A stretch of 59,746 nt of DNA, counting the filler, from Dimargaris cristalligena (taxonomy: Eukaryota), in NCBI GenBank assembly GCA_003614675.1. It is 9 parts of 9 records of this genome, joined end to end, with 100 filler letters (N's around TTAATTAATTAA, not from the genome) between each part and the next. Parts side by side here need not be neighbours in the genome. Positions count along the whole stretch, not along the records: positions 46,626 to 53,136 come from ML003509.1; positions 53,237 to 59,746 come from ML003510.1; 7 more parts are not named here. One strand, written 5' to 3'. Every line of letters starts with the position of its first letter. Positions within the stretch are counted from its first letter, which is position 1. Positions 51,901-59,746 of the stretch are shown piece after piece. The notes below the pieces were generated by a model, which saw only the letters and a program-made list of their open reading frames with translations, ran no database searches and was not told the DNA's origin. A program made the translations under genes and the position numbers.

Positions 51901-52882
51901 AATCTTTATACTAGCCCACCATAGTAAAGAATGTCCAACAACATGTACGTAATTGTTCCACCTGCCAACTACATCGATCCCAGACTGTCCCAGACTGTCC
52001 CACAGCCCCAAACGGAAAGCCCTCTAACTGCACCCTTGGATCGTGTGGGAATTGATATATTAGGACCATTCCCAGTGGCTGAAAGTTCAAACCGGTATGT
52101 CATTGTAGCCATTGATTACTTCACAAGATGGCCATTTGCCCGGGCTGTGCCGCACATTACAGCTCAGAATGTAGTTAACTTTATCCTAGAAGAAATTGTG
52201 TGCATTCATGGATGTCCCCGGGTCCTTATCTCCGATCGAGGCCCTCAATTTGTATCCCAGTTATTAAGGCATGTACTTCGCCTATTAGGAGTTAATCATC
52301 GCCCTACAGTAGCCTATAATCCTGCAGCAAATGGTGCAGTTGAACGATTGAATCAAACATAGTCCCACATGATTGCTAAATATGCCATTGACGATCCGGA
52401 GCATTGGGATACCTATATTCCCTACCATCTATTTGCCTACCGGACGGCCTATGTCTCCCCCATACGAAACAAACCTTTTTACCTCATGTATGGCCGAGAC
52501 CCTCGAATGCCAATTGATGTTGCATTAACTCCTGAAATCAACCCCAATCCAGCACCCACTGGATCCGAGTACACAGACCAGTTACGGGACTGATTGGCCC
52601 ATGCATATAATATGGTTCGACATGTACCTTCTTAACAGATACCTGTTGAAGTTATCAAATATCACCGTGGCGATCAGGCAATGGTTCGGATCCCCACTGA
52701 CCCTACTAAATTAAATTTCCGATATTCCGGGCCGGTGACTATTGTGGATGTACATGGAGGCAACACCTATACAATTGAACCCGCAGTTCATAATACCCGC
52801 CTACCCCGGGAACGTGTCCCTGTCACTGAATTAGCTCCCTATATTCAAGGGCTCGAGGACGAAGCCCAGTCTAACGGGTAAT
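48924..52882 (+). pseudogene. Disrupted gag-pol polyprotein (NC, PR, RT, RH, dUTPase, IN)
   Basis: Domains in Gypsy order across several frames; in-frame TGA/TAA/TAG; 10-bp duplication CCCAGACTGT at ~51980; no chromodomain after IN. Confidence 0.88.
51168..51575 (+). other. dUTPase domain inside pol, between RNase H and integrase
   Basis: All five trimeric dUTPase motifs in order: SAGYGL (I), RSS (II), GIIDSDYRGEI (III), KIAQL (IV), RGNGSFSST (V); in frame with RNase H. Confidence 0.92.
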
Positions 52883-53136
52883 GATGTCGTGCTAAATAAT
52901 ATATAGGATTAAAGCCGACTAACTATGAAGGACTAGGCACCATCATCGCCTAGTTCTATCAATGAGGCGCGGGAATTTGGCCTTGTTGAAGGATCAGCAT
53001 CCTTCAGCCATTCCTGCCACTCGATTCACATATTTCACATATCACCTTCATTATATACCCATCTATTATTAGTTATCATTTATATTACTATCTAGTAGAG
53101 TCTTCTAGCATCTTCTATGCTGGTTCAATGCCTTTA

Positions 53137-53236
53137 NNNNNNNNNNNNNNNNNNNNNNNNNNNNNNNNNNNNNNNNNNNNTTAATTAATTAANNNNNNNN
53201 NNNNNNNNNNNNNNNNNNNNNNNNNNNNNNNNNNNN
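53137..53236. other. Artificial contig spacer
   Basis: N44-TTAATTAATTAA-N44. Confidence 0.97.
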
Positions 53237-54471
53237 TCCAGGAAGACCTGTTTACCAGGCTCGACCGCTGGTCCACGTTGCTCTTTACCCCGGCGACCCT
53301 TGCCTTTTTTGTTGGCGCGACTGGCAGCCGCACCCTCATCAGAGTCGGAGTCATCGCCGCCATTCATATCAAAGGCAAAATGCGATCGGCCGTTGTGGCG
53401 GTCGGACCGGGTCAGCTGCTTATTAGCCATATCGCTCAGGAATTCCTGGCCCTTGGCGCCCGGCTGATCCACCAAACGACGGCGGATGTCCAGGGTGCCG
53501 CCGGACATGCCGGCCACCAGGCGCGTTTCAGTGGGGTCCAGCGCCACCCGCAGGACAGGCATGGGGTAGTTGGCGGTGAAGGTACACTCGAAAGTAGCCA
53601 AATTGAAGATCTTCACCTGACGGTCGAGCGAACTGGTCAGCAGTTTGGTCCGGGTCGAATCAAAGGTGAGGGAAGTGACGGTTTTTTGGAAATTGTCGAG
53701 CGAGCAAATCTCGGACCCGTTCATGAGACCGTCGTACATGGTGATAGTAGGGCCGCCGGCCACGGCAAACATGGTGCCCGACGTAAAGGCCAGCACGTCT
53801 TCGATGGGATCAGCGTGGTTGACGGATAGGGTACACTTACCGGCGCGCAGGTCAAACACCTTGAGGGAATGGTCATAGGACCCGGTCACCAACAAATTGG
53901 GGTTCGTGGGGCACACATCCAGGGCCCGCACATAATCGGTATGGTCGGTAAAGGTGGACAGCGTCCGCTCGGAGGGGATATCCCAGACCCGTACGGTTCG
54001 GTCATCGGAACACGACGCTACTAGGGAGCTGCTGGGGACAAAACGGGCCCGGTGCACGGCGCCGGTATGGCCCCGCAGGGTTCGCAAAATGGTTCGACTC
54101 GACAGGTCAAACAGCTGCAGCTGCCCGGACTCGTCGGCGGCCAGCAGGACCCGACCGTCCTGGCGGGTTTCGGCCGAGAGCACGGTATGCTTGAACCGCG
54201 CGATGGATTTCTTGAGCTCGCAGGTGGACCGGTCGTAAATCTGCACGCGGCTGGACGACGCCACTATCAGGTCATGGGGCGCGGCGGGGGAAAAGCACAG
54301 GGAATTCACGGTGGCGAACTCCTTGATAATGACGGGAGATTCAAAGGACTTCCAGTAGGCCGAGTCACCCGTTTGGTCCCGCTGGAGAACCTGGGCGGCC
54401 TTGGGGACCGGAAGGGGCTGGACCTTGAGGGGATCGTGCTGCCAGCGACGATTCCAGCGGTATATTGACAT
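53237..54471 (-). CDS. UTP15: U3 snoRNA-associated WD40 protein Utp15 (3'-truncated)
   Basis: YWKSFESPVIIKEF, FSPAAPHDLIVASSSRVQIY, IARFK, RQDGRVL, SRTILRTL, HTDYVR, TGSYDH are typical Utp15 segments in WD40 repeats. Confidence 0.88.
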
Positions 54472-56157
54472 GGTGTGGGAAATGCACGGAGAGGAGGAGG
54501 AGATAGTGGGGTGTCGAAGCGAAGACGGTCAGCTGAAAGGTACACAGCAACGGTAAGCAAAATAGAACCAAACGAAGCCTCAATGTGGTATCTACAACGA
54601 CGTCAAGGGAAATGCAGAAAACGCCGGCGATAGTCTCGGCCCAGCACAAGTGCAAGTATGGATATTATTGATACGAGGCGGGGGAGGAGATTCTCTCTTG
54701 GTTTTTTTACATTGCTGGTTAGATATAATTTTATCCTTTGGAATTTGCCTGTCCTCACGTAGCTAGGCCATACAGAATGCACCAACCCGGAAAAAAATGA
54801 AGGAGCCGTCCTCCTTATTCCTTTAGTTTACAGCAAAATGGGCCAGGCCAGTATTGATTAGCTTGGAAAAAAGGGAGACGGGAGTGGGATAGGTTTAATA
54901 GGTCACGTGATGAAAGAGTTGGCTGTGAGGAGTATCGCTTCTCTCATCCTAACCGTTTCCTGTCTATAAATGGCTTCGGATTATAGTTGTAGCCATATCA
55001 ACCAGAGACAAGTGTATATTTGTGTGTCCCCTCCTCTCCTACTTGCTCATTTAAGGCCCCCTCCCTGAGAGCTGCCGCCCATATCCTTTCCCTCTTTATT
55101 TGTAGCTTTTGCGGGTTTTTGAGCTATTTATCCTTTAATATGTTCCCTGTGGATGGCAAATTATGACCAAAAGGTCGCCTGCCCTAGATTCACTTTAAAT
55201 AAAACTCTACTTCATCTGAGAGCTGCCGCGGAAACCTTCTTTTGCGTGATTCATTTAATCGACAGGTTTCAGTTCAGGTCCGCTCTTTCCCAAGCGCAGA
55301 ATACTGCAGGACGCTCTAGCACCAGTGAAACATTCCCTTTAGGATCTGGGCAATCGTGGAGTATATATAATTTGGCACTACCTGGCGACAAATCCGACGT
55401 CCCGATTTAATACAATTGGCATGTAATGCATTTAGGTATGGGGGAGGTGAGTTCGGCTCTAATGGCAATATATCATTCATCACCCCCTGTTAGGGAAATT
55501 TGGCACATGCTATATATCCCCTTACAATCATTAGTAGTGGACACTGGCTGAGTAGTTTGTTAGATGCCTGTCCCTTTTTGGCGTGTACCTGGGATATTTT
55601 GCCTCTTTGTTTATCGATTCCGTAGATAAGAAAATTCTTTCAAAATTGGCAAAGATATGCCTTTTTCGGGTGTAAATTGGGATTTCTGGTTTCCATAGAC
55701 ATGGTAATGACTCGGCCATTTTAAATAATCCTGCATTAGCGGCGGCATAACCAAACAGGCCGATCCACTAATTCTTCTTAAGCATACATTCCATGGCTAC
55801 AATTACGCAAGCGGTCGGAGGCAAATAGGCGGTGCTATTCCCAGCCAATGCAAAATCTGTGGGGTTTCAGCCAAGGCCCCTGGCCCATAGGCCTTCGTTC
55901 TTCTTCCGCCCCACCTCCCACGGTGCCACTCACCTTATTCTATTATACCACCACCACTGCTTTTCCGATTATTATTATTCCCTTTTGTTCGTAGTGGTAT
56001 TCTCCGAGGTAGTGCGGAGCCCAATACCCCGCCGCGCGCGTCCTCTCTTTGTTCCCTATCCATTTGATCATTCGCCCATTTGTCTTTTGCTGCTGGTTCA
56101 ACTCTCCACCCCTTTAGGGTTTTACTGCCATTTGTTCACTGTCCGTGTAACACCACC

Positions 56158-59100
56158 ATGCCTTTGGTGAATCGTTCACCAGCCACCATCAACACGGGCG
56201 GGATGTTGACCGACTCCGACCCCGACCATGCCTGTGACGACCCGCAGTCACCCGCCACCCCCCTTCTCAGATTGCCCGGTACCTGGATCGCCCAGCTTCA
56301 CACCACCTTTGCCTACCTCGCCTTTGCTGCCGCCTTTGCCGTGGCCTGTTACACCCACTACCACAAGATCGTTCGTAATGAATTCTTCGGCTACCCCCAG
56401 GAGTGGTTGCCCAGTGTCAGTGCCACCATCGGCGACCGCTACCCCGCCCGCTCCATCTTCCAGATTCTGATTGCTTTGACCGCCGGCCCCCGGTTTCTGC
56501 TCATCCTCCTCTGGTTTGCCCTGTGTCAGGCCACCCCCCAGGGCCGGGCCCAGTGGACCCCCAAAGTGCTCCTGGGCGTAGGTTTGGTGCGCACCGTAAG
56601 CTGCGGCGGTTGGGTGTATATCACTTCCACCGACGACCACACCACCCACGATGTGGCTATGATTACGTATATGCTGTGCACCCTCCCCTACATGCTGTGT
56701 ATGCTCTCCACCACCGCCTACACGCCTCTGGCCCTGACCCATCGCCGCGGCCTCGAGGCCGCCAAGAAATGGCGTGGCATTTTCTTTTTCAGTTTTTTTG
56801 CCGCCATCGTTCCCCTGGTCTACTATTTCATCCAGCACAAGGTCCACCACGTTCCCGGCGCTTACTCCATCTACGCCATTTTCGAATGGTCCCTGATTAT
56901 TCTGGACGTGGCCTTTGATGCCGTCTCCGTTTTCGAGTTCTCGCTCGTCGATATCGTGGTGCGCGCCAGTGCCGCCTCTAATAAGAAGACGGATGCCTCC
57001 CACCTGGCCGTATTGGCCGATCCCGACACCGCTGCTGCTGCCGAGGCTACTGTGCGCTCCGGTTTCATCGGCTGTCTTCTCAGCCCCGGTCTGCGCCACT
57101 TCGTCGCCGATAGCTACATGGCCTTCGTCTTCTGGACCCTGTTCACTGCCCTGGGCGCCTGTATTTGGTACTTCCCCCTCTGGCACATGGGTATCTCGGG
57201 GTACGAAGCCTTTTTGTTCATTACCCTCAGCCCCTTCTTGCTGGGGATTGGCCCTCTCCGTCGCCTTATCCGTACTCACCGGGCCATCTTCCACGCGCTC
57301 TCCCTGGTGGGCATCGCCGCCTACATGGTTCCCGACCCCATCCCTCGTCTCTTGATGGTGTCCGCTGGCACTGGTCTGTCGACCCTGACCTGGGCCGCTA
57401 CTTGGTACGAATCCAAAGGCCCCGCTCTAGTGGGTCGTCTGGACTACGACGTAATGACCTGGCTTACCGGTCTTGTCTTTAGCGTCATCGTCAAGGCCAT
57501 GGGACGTACCAACAACCTGGCCTGGCCCATCATGAACCAGGAAACCGGGGGTTGGAACGGAGTGGCCCTGGTCCTGGGCCTGGCCGCCTGTGTCGACATT
57601 CTCGTGCGCGGCGGTACCGCCTTCGACTCCGATCCGCGTGAACGCCTCCACCCCACCAGCCCTACTCCCGGCTCCGGTCCTTTGGATTCGGCTGAAAAGA
57701 AAGCTTCCAACCTTGGTCAAAGGGGCGGGGCCTCTGCCCTGGCTGGCTTGGCCTCTTCCGCCGGCCTGGGTTCGCTGATCTTCTGCCTTCACAGCATGTA
57801 CACCGACTCCTCCACCATTTCCCGCTGGGTCGTGGACGGCTACCCCAACCCCGGTCCTAGCCCCGTTCCGTGGGGCTTTCTGATCATCTTTGCCCAAATC
57901 GTGGGTGCTATGCTGAGCCCGCGTGCTTTTGTGCGCTCCTGGGCCTGGTTCGGTGCCGGCTGTGTATTCACCGCTATCCTCTACACCTTCCCCGGTACCC
58001 CTGGCTTCTTGGGCGGTGTCCTGATGGCCGCCTTTGCCACTTCCATTACCCCCCTCTTCATCCAGTCCGCTAGTCGCTTCGCCCCGGGTCGCACCCTCGG
58101 ATTGGCCATGTTCATCTACTGCCTCCTCGTCCTGGCCCATGTCTGGGTGGTTGCCTACGCCTTTGTGCCTGGAGGTCCGGTGCTCCGGGAACGTACCTGG
58201 GTGGTCCTGTCCGTGATGATGGCTCTAATCGGCCTGGGATTCACTAGTGCTTTGGACAGTTCTGCGGTTCGCCACGCCCCCGCCGCTCTGCGCAACTACT
58301 CTGGTTTCATTTCCCGGCGCTTTACCCGCTACCAGAAGCGCCAGGTCTTGTCCACCTGGGCGGGCCTGCTGGCCCTCGCCTTTGGTGTAATGCTGGTGCG
58401 GGTACCGACCGAAACCCCTGCTCCCTACCACCCCGAGGCTAAAGTGCTGACCACCGCCATTTGGACCATCCATTTTGCGCTGGACAACAACATGTGGGTG
58501 AGCGAACGGCGTATGATTAACGCCATCCGGGAACTCGAAATCGATGTGATTGGTCTCCTGGAATCCGACCTGGGCCGTATCATTATGGGTAACCGGGATT
58601 TCCTGCAGTCCCTCGCCGAAGAACTGAACATGTACACCGACTATGGCCCATCCCCCATTAAACACACCTGGGGCTGTGCGATGTTATCCAAATTCCCCAT
58701 TAAGCGGTCCAGCCATCACCTCCTCCCTTCGCCGGATGGTGAATTGGCCTGCGCCATTTACGCCACCTTGGACGTCTACGGCAAGGAGGTGGACGTGATT
58801 GTATCCCACAACGGCCAAGAGGAAGACCCCATTGATCGGTTCCTGCAAACTACCGAACTGGCCCGCATTATGCGCGAGTCTTACAACCCTTTCGTTTTCC
58901 TGGGCTACGTCGTGACCAAGCCCCACCAAAAGATCTACAACATTCTAATTAATGACGGTCGTATGCACGATATCGATCCCTCGGATTCGGACCGTTGGTG
59001 CCAGTACGTGGCCTACCGTGGACTGCAGCGCGCAGGTTACGCCCGGGTGTCCCGGGGCACGATCACTGATACCGAAATCCAAATGGGCAAGTTCATCGTG

Positions 59101-59268
59101 GATGACAATACCTATAATAATACCGCCGTTGACGCGCGGTCAGCCCAAAACCTACGGGTTAGTGAAGACCACTACCCGCCGGCCCTGCATTTCCCCGCCC
59201 AGTTCCGTGGTAAGGGCGTACGTGGTCATTTTTACCACGTCTTTAATGAACCCCGTTACTTCGAGTAA
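56158..59268 (+). CDS. CWH43: Cwh43/PGAP2IP GPI lipid-remodelling protein (Frag1 N-terminus, multi-TM region, C-terminal EEP-like domain)
   Basis: YGYPQEW-like FFGYPQEWLPSVSATIGDRYP, WVYITSTDDH, YFIQHKVHHVPGAYSIYAIFEW, IWTIHF, GLLESD, SHNGQEED, DRWCQY, ITDTEIQ, GHFYHVFNEPRYF. Start placed at ACCATG 56158. Confidence 0.95.
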   Translation: MPLVNRSPATINTGGMLTDSDPDHACDDPQSPATPLLRLPGTWIAQLHTTFAYLAFAAAFAVACYTHYHKIVRNEFFGYPQEWLPSVSATIGDRYPARSIFQILIALTAGPRFLLILLWFALCQATPQGRAQWTPKVLLGVGLVRTVSCGGWVYITSTDDHTTHDVAMITYMLCTLPYMLCMLSTTAYTPLALTHRRGLEAAKKWRGIFFFSFFAAIVPLVYYFIQHKVHHVPGAYSIYAIFEWSLIILDVAFDAVSVFEFSLVDIVVRASAASNKKTDASHLAVLADPDTAAAAEATVRSGFIGCLLSPGLRHFVADSYMAFVFWTLFTALGACIWYFPLWHMGISGYEAFLFITLSPFLLGIGPLRRLIRTHRAIFHALSLVGIAAYMVPDPIPRLLMVSAGTGLSTLTWAATWYESKGPALVGRLDYDVMTWLTGLVFSVIVKAMGRTNNLAWPIMNQETGGWNGVALVLGLAACVDILVRGGTAFDSDPRERLHPTSPTPGSGPLDSAEKKASNLGQRGGASALAGLASSAGLGSLIFCLHSMYTDSSTISRWVVDGYPNPGPSPVPWGFLIIFAQIVGAMLSPRAFVRSWAWFGAGCVFTAILYTFPGTPGFLGGVLMAAFATSITPLFIQSASRFAPGRTLGLAMFIYCLLVLAHVWVVAYAFVPGGPVLRERTWVVLSVMMALIGLGFTSALDSSAVRHAPAALRNYSGFISRRFTRYQKRQVLSTWAGLLALAFGVMLVRVPTETPAPYHPEAKVLTTAIWTIHFALDNNMWVSERRMINAIRELEIDVIGLLESDLGRIIMGNRDFLQSLAEELNMYTDYGPSPIKHTWGCAMLSKFPIKRSSHHLLPSPDGELACAIYATLDVYGKEVDVIVSHNGQEEDPIDRFLQTTELARIMRESYNPFVFLGYVVTKPHQKIYNILINDGRMHDIDPSDSDRWCQYVAYRGLQRAGYARVSRGTITDTEIQMGKFIVDDNTYNNTAVDARSAQNLRVSEDHYPPALHFPAQFRGKGVRGHFYHVFNEPRYFE

Positions 59269-59746
59269 ACGGAATATATCGGAATCCTACTATAACTTAT
59301 TCTATAATGGACCTGCCATTCATCAGTGCTTTATACGGAGTTAGGATTACCTTATGCAGATACTGCTATCTCTCTGGTATCATCATTATCTTCTTTACTT
59401 TTATTTTTAAACTGCTTTCCTCATTTTACCCCATTAGGGTGAATTTCTACGCTTTGGATGTTTTCACATGTGCACTAGTCATTTTAATCGCTTAGTGTCT
59501 TGTCGGATTACTTATATAATCAGCCCGTTCTGTATTCACCTTTAATAAATATCATTCCAGTGAAAGTATTGCGTGTTGATCTGAGACAGGCTTGGCAACT
59601 AGGAGTGGTATTGGACCTGTATGGGCCACAGTGCCAATATTCGCATTCGTTTGGAGCAGTACAAACTTCCGTGCTATTAAACAGTTGAATTGCAGGGTAT
59701 ACTGGTGAATGCATTATTGACACCTGTGATCATTCTAGACGCAATT

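Larger units (their letters stand above)
46626..53136 (+). mobile_element. Degenerate Ty3/Gypsy LTR retrotransposon (gag-PR-RT-RNaseH-dUTPase-IN), both LTRs partial
   Basis: 5' LTR end ...CTACAACA at 46932; Zn knuckle CFKCGKTGRFMADC (48924); PR AVLDTGA (~49150); RT FCVDY*KLN, LDLASGYWQ, MPFGLCNAPATFQ, NLDD; RNase H TDASD...ETDH; IN GHLG/CSTC, GIDILGP, SDRGPQF, NGAVERLN; 3' LTR starts TGTCGT at 52885. Many stops and frameshifts. Confidence 0.93.

Overview
Eukaryotic, fungal-type DNA: GT-AG introns, an M36 fungalysin, Cwh43, Vps1 and Neo1. An early-diverging (zygomycete-grade) fungus is my inference from gene content, not a database result. The window is not one locus. It is nine unrelated contigs of about 6.5-6.6 kb (1-6612, 6713-13305, 13406-19983, 20084-26643, 26744-33295, 33396-39909, 40010-46525, 46626-53136, 53237-59746) joined by artificial N44-TTAATTAATTAA-N44 spacers. 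Recognisable genes are a CCX/NCLX-type Ca2+/cation exchanger (partial), ADI1, VPS1, CDC8/dTMP kinase, NEO1 (partial), fungalysin, UTP15 (partial) and CWH43. The most notable observations are five. (1) A spliced gene, missed by the ORF track, carries both signature regions of Gdown1/POLR2M, a Pol II repressor usually described as metazoan; it sits next to a PAAT/C10orf88-like gene. (2) A decayed Ty3/Gypsy element has a dUTPase between RNase H and integrase, a possible dUTPase-fold relic between protease and RT, and strong CpG-directed C>T decay. (3) Several small secreted prepro-peptide genes share an L-x-[KR]-R processing motif, including a cationic glycine-zipper peptide and a vicinal-Cys peptide. 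(4) A 136-bp MITE family has five copies. (5) A 1.9-kb CACTA-ended element has ~315-bp TIRs. No rRNA, tRNA or CRISPR was seen.
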